A stretch of 64,000 bases of DNA from Escherichia coli (GTDB lineage: Bacteria > Pseudomonadota > Gammaproteobacteria > Enterobacterales > Enterobacteriaceae). Position numbers and translations under genes: made by a program. The notes beneath the pieces are model-generated. The model had not been told where the DNA came from, did not search any database, and was given only the letters and a program-made list of their open reading frames with translations. Below are positions 56,663 to 64,000 of this stretch, one piece after another (the stretch's first letter is position 1; each line of letters opens with the position of its first letter). The DNA lies in NCBI RefSeq assembly GCF_030013205.1, contig NZ_CP122648.1; one strand, given 5' to 3'.

Positions 56663-57676
56663 TTAAAATAGCATTTGAGTCAAATAGCCCATCAAGATAG
56701 CCATACCTAATATAACCGTCAGGAATGCAACTATCATCGGTATTCTGAACATTGATTTAAGTAATATCACTTCCGTCAGACTTGCGCCGGCACTGCCGAT
56801 GATTAATGCCATTAATGCCCCCAGACCCATGCCTTTCGTCATCAGAACTGATGCCAGAGGGATAACCGCCTCTGCCCGGATATATAGCGGAATACCGACA
56901 ACGGCGCTCAATGGGATGGCGAAGGGATTATCTGCCCCTGCATGAGCGGCAATCCACTCTGAGGGAATAAAGCCATAAATAAAAGAGCCTATTAATACCC
57001 CTAACAAAAGATATGGCAGTACATCTTTAAACTGTTGCAACGCATCTTTGGTGGCTAGTTTTATGGGATTAATACTTACCACAGCTTTGGTACTGCAACA
57101 GTTTACTACAGGTTTCTCAATGGCTTTAGCCGCTGGACTACAGCAACTCACTTTTATTGGCGTATATGTCGTCCCCGGCGAAGTTTTGGCTGGAGCACAA
57201 CAATTTGCTGATGAGCTTTTACTGGCAATGATATGACGTTCAAATCCCAGGGAATCCAGGATAATACTGGCAAGTACGGAGACGCCGGCGGCGATAATCG
57301 CGTACAACAAGGTAACTTTCCAGCCAAAGGTCACCCACATTAACCCGACGATAATGGGATTAAGTAATGGGGAAACAAATAAAAAAGTGAGGGTCGGACC
57401 GAACCCGGCTTTCGCTGACAACAATCCACGTAACATTGGGATTGTCGAGCAACTACAGAACGGGGTAACGGCTCCCAACAGAGCCGCCAGGAGATAGCCT
57501 CTCCCTTTTCTGGCCCCCATCATCTGCCGGATTTTATGGTCTGGCACCTTTTGTCTTATCAGGCTCACACCGGCACTAATCACTATAAACAGCAAAGAAA
57601 GCTCAACGGCGAGAAACACAAACATCTCTGCGGCATCTTGCAGCATCGCAAGCCAACTACTCATACGTAACCTCAT
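56663..57676 (-). CDS. DUF318/ArsP-like permease with a Cys-rich cytoplasmic loop. An alternative start at 57664 has a better SD.
   Basis: The 337-aa ORF has about 8 TM segments and a TPFCSCS motif in an early TM. A central loop carries three CC pairs. It is divergent from an ArsR-family gene. Confidence 0.8.
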   Translation of the reverse strand: MRLRMSSWLAMLQDAAEMFVFLAVELSLLFIVISAGVSLIRQKVPDHKIRQMMGARKGRGYLLAALLGAVTPFCSCSTIPMLRGLLSAKAGFGPTLTFLFVSPLLNPIIVGLMWVTFGWKVTLLYAIIAAGVSVLASIILDSLGFERHIIASKSSSANCCAPAKTSPGTTYTPIKVSCCSPAAKAIEKPVVNCCSTKAVVSINPIKLATKDALQQFKDVLPYLLLGVLIGSFIYGFIPSEWIAAHAGADNPFAIPLSAVVGIPLYIRAEAVIPLASVLMTKGMGLGALMALIIGSAGASLTEVILLKSMFRIPMIVAFLTVILGMAILMGYLTQMLF

Positions 57677-57689
57677 TGAATAAATCTAT

Positions 57690-57709
57690 ATTTCCAGAAT
57701 AATCGAAAT
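57690..57709. promoter_or_regulatory. Candidate operator 1 (ATTTC-N10-GAAAT palindrome) in the divergent promoter region
   Basis: The sequence is ATTTCCAGAATAATCGAAAT. Confidence 0.45.
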
Positions 57710-57726
57710 GAAATTCAGATCAAGAT

Positions 57727-57746
57727 ATTTCTGGTATTATCGAAAT
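57727..57746. promoter_or_regulatory. Candidate operator 2 (ATTTC-N10-GAAAT palindrome)
   Basis: ATTTCTGGTATTATCGAAAT lies 37 bp from operator 1, and the two sites are about 80% identical. Confidence 0.45.
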
Positions 57747-57771
57747 ATCAACCAGACAAAGGGGGTGTCAT

Positions 57772-58068
57772 ATGCAGTTGGAAGAAGTTGCTAAAGCGCT
57801 GAAAGAGCTAGGTCACCCGAGCCGTTTGTTCATATTCAAACACCTGGTCAAAGCGGGGGAACAAGGTTTGCCCGTCGGTGAGTTGCAAAAGCAGCTTGGG
57901 ATACCCGGCTCTACACTCAGTCACCATATTTCAGCACTGGTATCGGTAGGGCTGGTCAAACAAAACCGTGAGAGTCGAACGCTGATGTGTGTTTCGCAAT
58001 ACGCAATGCTGGAAGCGATAATTGAATTCTTACGCGAGGAGTGCTGCGTAAATAGCAAAATTGCCTGA
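57772..58068 (+). CDS. ArsR/SmtB-family transcriptional regulator, atypical (C-terminal vicinal Cys pair, no ELCVCDL site)
   Basis: The 98-aa ORF has a winged HTH (LPVGELQKQLGIPGSTLSHHISALVSVGLV). Its cysteines are at positions 73, 91 and 92. Confidence 0.85.
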   Translation: MQLEEVAKALKELGHPSRLFIFKHLVKAGEQGLPVGELQKQLGIPGSTLSHHISALVSVGLVKQNRESRTLMCVSQYAMLEAIIEFLREECCVNSKIA

Positions 58069-58144
58069 TGCGCTACGCGCTACAGATTTCATGCCATGCA
58101 CGGTTTTGTAGGTCGGATAAGACGCGTTAGCGTCGCATCCGACA
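58062..58144. repeat. REP/BIME-type extragenic palindromic element
   Basis: It contains GCCTGATGCGCTACGCGC and GTAGGTCGGATAAGACGCGTTAGCGTCGCATCCGACA. Confidence 0.8.
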
Positions 58145-58190
58145 TAAACAAAGCGCACTTTACCAACTATGGGCAGTGGATATCGCCGCT

Positions 58191-58616
58191 TTATTTCAAG
58201 CGTTTACCCGCTTCATCAACCACTTTCTCGCCATCTTCCTTGGTGAACGCGCCTTGTTGCGCATCTGGCAGAATTTCCAGCACGACTTCTGAAGGGCGGC
58301 ACAGGCGAGTTCCCAACGGCGTCACCACAATCGGGCGATTAATCAGAATCGGGTGCTGAAGCATAAAGTCGATTAACCGATCGTCAGTAAATTTATCTTC
58401 TGCAAGGCCCAGTTCCTCATACGGCTCGACGTTTTTACGCAGCAGCGCGCGTACGGAAATCCCCATATCGGCAATGAGTTTGACCAGTTCATCACGCGTC
58501 GGTGGGGTTTCCAGATAATAGACGATGGTCGGTTCTGTACCGCTGTTGCGGATCATCTCCAGCGTATTACGCGACGTACCGCAGGCCGGGTTGTGATAAA
58601 TGGTAATGTTGCTCAT
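58191..58616 (-). CDS. arsC: Arsenate reductase ArsC (glutaredoxin-coupled)
   Basis: The 141-aa ORF (MSNITIYHNPACGTSRNTLEMIR..) is recognised as ArsC. Confidence 0.97.
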   Translation of the reverse strand: MSNITIYHNPACGTSRNTLEMIRNSGTEPTIVYYLETPPTRDELVKLIADMGISVRALLRKNVEPYEELGLAEDKFTDDRLIDFMLQHPILINRPIVVTPLGTRLCRPSEVVLEILPDAQQGAFTKEDGEKVVDEAGKRLK

Positions 58617-58628
58617 ATCAATATCTCA

Positions 58629-59918
58629 TTACAAAGTGAAAGAGAGACGTAGCGCCAGCGCAGCCAGCGTCACAAACAGCACCGGCAGGGTCATGATAAT
58701 CCCTGTACGGAAGTAATATCCCCAGCTGATAGTTATATTCTTCTGCGAAAGTACGTGCAGCCATAGTAGCGTTGCCAGGCTACCAATCGGGGTAATTTTC
58801 GGCCCCAAATCGCAGCCAATTACGTTGGCATAAACCATCGCTTCTTTGATAACGCCAGATGCCGTGCTGCCATCAATGGACAACGCGCCAACCAGTACCG
58901 TCGGCATATTGTTCATAATAGAAGAGAGGAAGGCGGTGAGGAATCCGGTGCCGAGCGTCGCGGCCCACAGGCCATTATCCGCCAGCACGTTGAGTACGCC
59001 AGAAAGATATTCCGTTAGTCCGGCATTGCGCAGGCCATAAACCACCAGATACATGCCGAGCGAGAAGATGACAATCTGCCAGGGCGCACCGCGCAGGACT
59101 TTACCCGTATTAATTGCATGACCGCGTTTAGCGACGGCAAATAATATCAGCGCGCCCACTGCCGCAATGGCGCTGACCGGAATGCCGAGCGGTTCCAGGA
59201 CGAAAAATCCCACCAGCAGAAACAGTAAAACAACCCAGCCAGTTTTGAAGGTGGCAGGATCTTTAATCGCTTCTGCGGGAGATTTCAGCAGCGCCATATC
59301 GTAGTTCTGCGGAATATCTTTGCGGAAATAGAGATGCAACATCACCAGCGTGGCAACAATCGCGGCGATATCCACCGGCACCATCACCGAGGCATATTCG
59401 CGAAAGCCGAGGCCAAAGAAATCTGCGGAAACGATATTCACCAGGTTGGAGACAATAAGCGGCAGGCTGGCGGTATCGGCAATGAACCCGGCCGCCATCA
59501 CGAACGCAAGCGTCGTGCCTTTACTGAACCCTAAAGCCAGCAGCATGGCGATGACAATCGGTGTCAAAATAAGCGCCGCGCCATCATTGGCAAACAGAGC
59601 TGCAACGGCAGCACCGAGCAGGACAATCCAGGTAAACAGCAAGCGACCGCGTCCATTGCCCCAGCGTGAGACGTGCAGCGCCGCCCATTCAAAAAAGCCG
59701 GACTCATCCAGCAGCAGGCTGATGATAATGACGGCAATAAACGCCGCCGTCGCGTTCCAGACGATATTCCACACCACCGGAATATCACCCGGATGTACCA
59801 CGCCCGTAACTAACGCCAGTACTGCGCCAAGCGTTGCACTCCAGCCGATGCCTAAACCTTTCGGCTGCCAGATAACCAATACGATGGTCAGGACAAAGAT
59901 AGCGCCTGCCAGTAACAT
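58629..59918 (-). CDS. arsB: Arsenite/antimonite efflux pump ArsB
   Basis: The 429-aa protein starts at [21 protein letters not shown].. The 436-aa ORF is an upstream extension. Confidence 0.96.
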   Translation of the reverse strand: MLLAGAIFVLTIVLVIWQPKGLGIGWSATLGAVLALVTGVVHPGDIPVVWNIVWNATAAFIAVIIISLLLDESGFFEWAALHVSRWGNGRGRLLFTWIVLLGAAVAALFANDGAALILTPIVIAMLLALGFSKGTTLAFVMAAGFIADTASLPLIVSNLVNIVSADFFGLGFREYASVMVPVDIAAIVATLVMLHLYFRKDIPQNYDMALLKSPAEAIKDPATFKTGWVVLLFLLVGFFVLEPLGIPVSAIAAVGALILFAVAKRGHAINTGKVLRGAPWQIVIFSLGMYLVVYGLRNAGLTEYLSGVLNVLADNGLWAATLGTGFLTAFLSSIMNNMPTVLVGALSIDGSTASGVIKEAMVYANVIGCDLGPKITPIGSLATLLWLHVLSQKNITISWGYYFRTGIIMTLPVLFVTLAALALRLSFTL

Positions 59919-59972
59919 AATGCCTCCCGGAAAAAACACATGTGAAAATCCATATGTGTTTAGATAAATTTT

Positions 59973-60326
59973 TTAACTACAAGTGTTCTTACAGTCTACG
60001 GAACAATTTTGTCTGGCCAGGTTGCGGACAATCACCTGAACCTTTTCCTGTTCGCATCGCCAGGCCTGCTCAATAATTTTCGCGGCCCATGATGGAATAT
60101 GCGGTGATAAGCGGTAATGAACCCACTTACCCTGCTTGCGATCCAGCAACAAACCGCTTTCACGAAGAAGCGCCAGATGGCGGGAGATCTTGGGCTGCGA
60201 CTGGTCGAGAGCAGTGCAGAGATCACAGACGCATAACTCTCCCAGCTCGCTGAGCAGTAAAACGATGCCCAGACGGGTTTCATCAGCAAGAATTTTGAAC
60301 AGTTGGATGGGTAACAGAAATGACAT
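59973..60326 (-). CDS. arsR: Arsenic-responsive repressor ArsR (canonical)
   Basis: The 117-aa ORF has the canonical As(III) site ELCVCDLC. Confidence 0.97.
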   Translation of the reverse strand: MSFLLPIQLFKILADETRLGIVLLLSELGELCVCDLCTALDQSQPKISRHLALLRESGLLLDRKQGKWVHYRLSPHIPSWAAKIIEQAWRCEQEKVQVIVRNLARQNCSVDCKNTCS

Positions 60327-60477
60327 ATTGCGCTCCTGATTGTTGCAGGTAGTGTCTCTCTTCGAAGCGGATAAGTCAAAAACATATATGGTTTAACGAA
60401 TGTGTATGTGCAGAGGAAGGTAATAGGTGTGAATTTTGAGTTGGCTATTTATTTGAAAGGAGGTCTGAATCAGGACG

Positions 60478-60565
60478 TAAAAAAACCGACTTTGCGTCGG
60501 TTTTTTACTTTCCAGCCCTGAGTTGGTGGCTCTGGCCGGAGTGAGAATGCCCACATCTAACGGTT
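60478..60565 (-). ncRNA. agrB: AgrB antisense-type sRNA, the antitoxin of dinQ (ends approximate)
   Basis: The minus strand carries the terminator AACCGACGCAAAGTCGGTT plus a U-run. The 32-nt block at 60529-60560 is identical to 60963-60994 in the dinQ leader, so the minus-strand transcript is perfectly complementary to it. Confidence 0.7.
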
Positions 60566-60635
60566 CAATACTATTAGCCAGTGGCTAACATTGCAAGCGT
60601 TAGCGATTTCTTCAGCTGGCGAAGGGACAGTTTGC

Positions 60636-60688
60636 TATACATGTTGGTGAAAGAGGATTTATATACTTTCATCGGGTCGCTGCCGTAC
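60636..60688 (-). pseudogene. Degenerate relic of a gor 3'-region fragment
   Basis: By hand alignment, 44 of 53 nt are identical to gor 61421-61473. In frame, it reads [19 protein letters not shown] against Gor [19 protein letters not shown]. Confidence 0.6.
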
Positions 60689-60711
60689 CAGGCCTTGTCC
60701 GAATCCGGACG

Positions 60712-60800
60712 TAAAAAAACCGACTTCGCGTCGGTTTTTTACTTTGCAGCCCAGAGTTGGTGGCTCTGGCTGGAGTGAGAATGCCATCATCTAACGCATC
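60712..60800 (-). ncRNA. agrA: AgrA sRNA, the diverged paralogue of AgrB (ends approximate)
   Basis: This is a second copy of the repeat with its own terminator. It has 3 mismatches in the 32-nt block (60764-60795). Confidence 0.65.
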
Positions 60801-60857
60801 AATGCTAATACCATACTGAAACTATTGCAAGGACATGCTGGTTTTATAACCTGTATG

Positions 60858-60877
60858 TACTGTATGATTATCCAGTT
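60858..60877. promoter_or_regulatory. LexA (SOS) box of the dinQ promoter
   Basis: TACTGTATGATTATCCAGTT fits the CTG-N10-CAG pattern. Confidence 0.8.
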
Positions 60878-61068
60878 AGTTCTGAGGCATTTTCACTCTG
60901 GTAATGCGCATAAACGCTTTCAAAGTCCTGGTCAGAAGTACGGGTGGTGCCGTTAACTGATGCTCTGGCCGGAGTGAGAATGCCCACATCTAACAATGGG
61001 GCATGCGCCGTGACAGGCAGTGGATGAGTAAGCGGATGCATTCTCACTCCATCGCATGGAGAAAACGG

Positions 61069-61152
61069 GTGATTGATAAAGCAATCATCGTTCTTGGGGC
61101 GTTAATTGCGCTACTGGAACTGATCCGCTTCCTGCTTCAGCTTCTGAACTGA
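61069..61152 (+). CDS. dinQ: Type I toxin DinQ, a 27-aa membrane peptide
   Basis: The ORF starts at GTG and encodes (M)IDKAIIVLGALIALLELIRFLLQLLN. It is too short for the ORF track. Confidence 0.8.
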   Translation: MIDKAIIVLGALIALLELIRFLLQLLN

Positions 61153-61205
61153 TAGCGGAAACGTAGCTAAGGGCTAAGAGCACACTACTCTTAGCCCTTT
61201 AACAT

Positions 61206-62558
61206 TTAACGCATGGTCACGAACTCTTCTGCCGCCGTCGGGTGAATGGCGACGGTATTGTCGAAGTCTTTTTTGGTTGCGCCCATCTTCAGCGCCACCG
61301 CGAAGCCCTGCAACATTTCATCCATACCAAAACCAATGCCGTGAATTCCGACAATCTTCTCTTCCGGTCCAACGCATACCAGTTTCATGCGGCACGGCTG
61401 GCGGTGAGTGGTGACTGCGGTATACATCGCGGTGAAAGAGGATTTATACACTTTCACCTGATCGTCGCCGTACTGCTCGCGCGCCTGCGGTTCCGTTAAA
61501 CCAACAGTCCCAATCGGCGGATGGCTGAAGACCACGGTCGGAATGTTGCTGTAATCCAGATGCTCATCCGGCTTGTTATTAAACAGGCGTTCAGAGAGAC
61601 GGCGACCCGCTGCAACTGCTACCGGTGTCAGTTCCACTGCCCCCGTGTTATCGCCCACCGCGTAAATACCTTCAACGTTGGTATTTTGATATTTATCGAC
61701 GACGATATAGCCTTTTTCGTTAGTTTTAACGCCAGCGGCTTCCAGGTTGATGTTGTTATTGGCAGGCTCGCGACCAATCGCCCAAATCAGGCAATCTACC
61801 GTTTCACTGCGACCATCTTCCAGCTCCAGCGTCAGGCTGCCGTCGGCATTTTTCACCACCGCTTTCGGGATGGCGTTGGTGTGCAGCTGCGGGCCTTCGG
61901 CGTTCATCACTTCGACCAGCGTTTCAGAGATCATCGGGTCGAAGCTGCGCAGCGGCGCATGTTTACGCACAAACAGATGCGTTTTCGCGCCGAGGCCGTT
62001 AATCACGCCCGCCAGCTCAACGGCGATGTAACCCGCGCCAACAACCGCCACGCGCTCTGGCAAAGCAGGAAGGGCGAAGAAGCCATCAGAATCAATACCG
62101 TATTCCACGCCCGGAATATCCGGGTGGCTCGGACGACCGCCGGTGGCGATCAGAATATGATCGGCCGTGATGGTTTCGCCGTTTACCTCCAGCGTTTTGG
62201 CATCAACGAAGCGGGCAAAGCCTTTGATTACATCAACGTTATTTTTACCGAGCACGTTTTCATAGGAAGTATGAATACGGTCGATATAGGCGGTACGCCT
62301 GGCGATCAACGTTTCCCAGTTGAATTTATTTATAGTGGTATCGAAACCATAATCCGGACCGTACATGTGGATCGCTTCACGGATTTGCGCCGCGTGCCAC
62401 ATCACTTTCTTCGGTACGCAGCCGACGTTCACGCAGGTGCCGCCCAGCTCTTTGGCTTCAATCAGCGCGCATTTCTGGCCGTACATAGCCGCGCGGTTGA
62501 TGGAGGCGATACCGCCGCTGCCGCCGCCGATGGCGATGTAATCATAGTGTTTAGTCAT
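61206..62558 (-). CDS. gor: Glutathione reductase Gor
   Basis: The 450-aa ORF has an FAD motif (GGGSGG) and the redox-active site [10 protein letters not shown]. Confidence 0.98.
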   Translation of the reverse strand: MTKHYDYIAIGGGSGGIASINRAAMYGQKCALIEAKELGGTCVNVGCVPKKVMWHAAQIREAIHMYGPDYGFDTTINKFNWETLIARRTAYIDRIHTSYENVLGKNNVDVIKGFARFVDAKTLEVNGETITADHILIATGGRPSHPDIPGVEYGIDSDGFFALPALPERVAVVGAGYIAVELAGVINGLGAKTHLFVRKHAPLRSFDPMISETLVEVMNAEGPQLHTNAIPKAVVKNADGSLTLELEDGRSETVDCLIWAIGREPANNNINLEAAGVKTNEKGYIVVDKYQNTNVEGIYAVGDNTGAVELTPVAVAAGRRLSERLFNNKPDEHLDYSNIPTVVFSHPPIGTVGLTEPQAREQYGDDQVKVYKSSFTAMYTAVTTHRQPCRMKLVCVGPEEKIVGIHGIGFGMDEMLQGFAVALKMGATKKDFDNTVAIHPTAAEEFVTMR

Positions 62559-62629
62559 GACAGAGTGTCCTTATCGTTGATTACTGCGATTGTAGCGCGA
62601 GACGTAATAGGTGCCAGCAATGGCTGCAA

Positions 62630-63472
62630 TTACTCCGGCACGATCCAGCTTACGGTGGCGTGCCCGGTGCCTGCCGGAACCAGTTTGCTGTGCAGCCACG
62701 GCAGCACGTTATTCATCTGCTGTTCCAGCTTCCACGGCGGGTTAATCACAATCATGCCGGAAGCGGTCATACCTCGGCGATCGCTGTCTGGCAGCACCGC
62801 CAGTTCAATTTGCAGAATTTTGCGAATGCCGGTCGCTTCCAGGTCGTGGATCATGCGCTTAATTTGCTGGCGCAGCACCACTGGATACCACAATGCGTAA
62901 GTGCCAGTGGCGAAACGTTTGTAGCCTTCTGCTATCCCGCTGACCACCGCCTGATAGTCGGTTTTCATTTCATACGGCGGGTCGATAAGGATTAAACCAC
63001 GGCGGGAAACCGGCGGCAGCTTGGCCTTAAGCTGCTGGAAACCGTCGGCTTTTTCCACGCGCGCACGGCTGTCTTTCTGAAATTCAGAACGCAGCAACGG
63101 GTAATCGCTCGGGTGCAGTTCGGTTAGTTGCAGGCTGTCCTGTTCACGCAGTAACTGACGGGCAATCAACGGTGAACCGGGGTAGTAACGCAACTGACCG
63201 CTACGGTTAAAGTGTTTTACCACATTGATGTACGCCTCCAGCTCTGCAGGCAAATCGTCCTGCTGCCAGATACGGGCGATACCTTCGAGATATTCGCCGG
63301 TACGCTCGGCATGTTCGCTGCCTAACTGATAACGCCCGGCCCCAGCGTGGGTATCGAGATAGAGAAACGGTTTATCTTTCTCTTTCAGCGACTCGATGAT
63401 CAGGCTCTGAACGGTATGTTTAAGGACGTCGGCGTGGTTGCCAGCGTGAAAGCTGTGGCGATAACTGAGCAT
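62630..63472 (-). CDS. rlmJ: 23S rRNA m6A2030 methyltransferase RlmJ (YhiR)
   Basis: The 280-aa protein starts at MLSYRHSFHAGNHADVLKH.. and has the DPPY motif. Confidence 0.94.
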   Translation of the reverse strand: MLSYRHSFHAGNHADVLKHTVQSLIIESLKEKDKPFLYLDTHAGAGRYQLGSEHAERTGEYLEGIARIWQQDDLPAELEAYINVVKHFNRSGQLRYYPGSPLIARQLLREQDSLQLTELHPSDYPLLRSEFQKDSRARVEKADGFQQLKAKLPPVSRRGLILIDPPYEMKTDYQAVVSGIAEGYKRFATGTYALWYPVVLRQQIKRMIHDLEATGIRKILQIELAVLPDSDRRGMTASGMIVINPPWKLEQQMNNVLPWLHSKLVPAGTGHATVSWIVPE

Positions 63473-63674
63473 GGGTAAAGGTGTTCCGGTAAGTAAAAAT
63501 CGGCCCGTATTCGGGGCGCACAAAAGCCTATCAGGACAGTATACCGAAAAGAGGCCGCCGCCGCGAAAGCGTAACGTTTCTCATTGAAATTCACTACACT
63601 TAACCCCATGCTACACACATTATGTAAAGCGCCTGTTGAGCGCTTCCTTAACCTCTTTAACCAGGACTGCGCTA

Positions 63675-64000
63675 ATGACGAATCCGTTACTGACTCCCTT
63701 TGAATTGCCTCCGTTTTCTAAAATTCTCCCGGAACATGTCGTTCCAGCCGTGACTAAGGCGCTGAACGACTGCCGCGAAAATGTGGAGCGCGTAGTAGCG
63801 CAAGGGGCACCGTACACCTGGGAAAATCTCTGCCAGCCGTTGGCGGAAGTGGACGATGTGCTGGGGCGTATCTTCTCCCCGGTCAGCCATCTGAACTCGG
63901 TGAAAAATAGCCCGGAACTGCGTGAAGCGTACGAACAAACCCTGCCGCTGCTGTCAGAATACAGCACCTGGGTAGGGCAACATGAAGGGCTGTATAAAGC
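63675..64000 (+). CDS. prlC: Oligopeptidase A PrlC, N-terminal part. The CDS runs off the window.
   Basis: The ATG at 63675 starts MTNPLLTPFELPPFSKILPEHVVPAVTKALNDCRENVERVV.. The frame stays open to the window end. It is absent from the ORF track because there is no stop. Confidence 0.9.
   Translation, partial: MTNPLLTPFELPPFSKILPEHVVPAVTKALNDCRENVERVVAQGAPYTWENLCQPLAEVDDVLGRIFSPVSHLNSVKNSPELREAYEQTLPLLSEYSTWVGQHEGLYK

Noticed and set aside
61521-62900. 459-aa ORF on the + strand
   Set aside because: It is entirely antisense to gor and to the 3' end of rlmJ, both confidently identified. It is a typical shadow ORF of GC-rich, codon-biased genes, with a low-complexity R/A/G-rich translation.

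Overview
The window is an Escherichia coli chromosomal segment. Its gene order matches the K-12 eptB-to-prlC region in inverted orientation. I identified genes from the ORF translations, from my recall of well-known E. coli proteins and RNAs, and from synteny; I ran no database search.

Gene order, left to right:
- eptB 3' end, tRNA-Pro proK with tandem copies of its 3' end, dppABCDF, yhjV
- three tandem LdrD/Rdl-type type I toxin-antitoxin units
- two head-to-head remnants of the cellulose locus (bcsG C-terminal half and bcsC lacking its 5' end)
- pdeK, dctA, yhjJ, kdgK, pdeH, yhjG, yhjE, yhjD, yhjC, yhjB, treF, yhjA
- the acid fitness island: gadA, gadX, gadY, gadW, mdtFE, gadE, hdeD, hdeAB, yhiD, dctR, slp
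- a roughly 9 kb chu haem-uptake island (chuVUYXWT, chuAS) that splits the acid fitness island between yhiD and dctR
- an intact AT-rich yhiS
- an extra divergent pair: an ArsR-family regulator and a Cys-rich DUF318/ArsP-like permease
- arsCBR, agrB/agrA/dinQ, gor, rlmJ and the prlC 5' end

I found no IS element, integrase, prophage gene, CRISPR array or recognisable defence system.

Most noteworthy observations:
1. A scarless deletion removes the whole cellulose synthase core.
2. The ArsR2/ArsP-like module has vicinal-cysteine sensor features and twin palindromic operators.
3. yhiS is an intact pentapeptide-repeat-like protein.
4. The ldr/rdl unit is triplicated.
5. The proK 3' end is duplicated, with an interrupted T-arm in each copy.
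6. A degenerate gor fragment is embedded between agrB and agrA.

None of these is clearly a new system. All should be treated as hypotheses. Hand-counted coordinates of non-ORF sites may be off by 1-2 nt.
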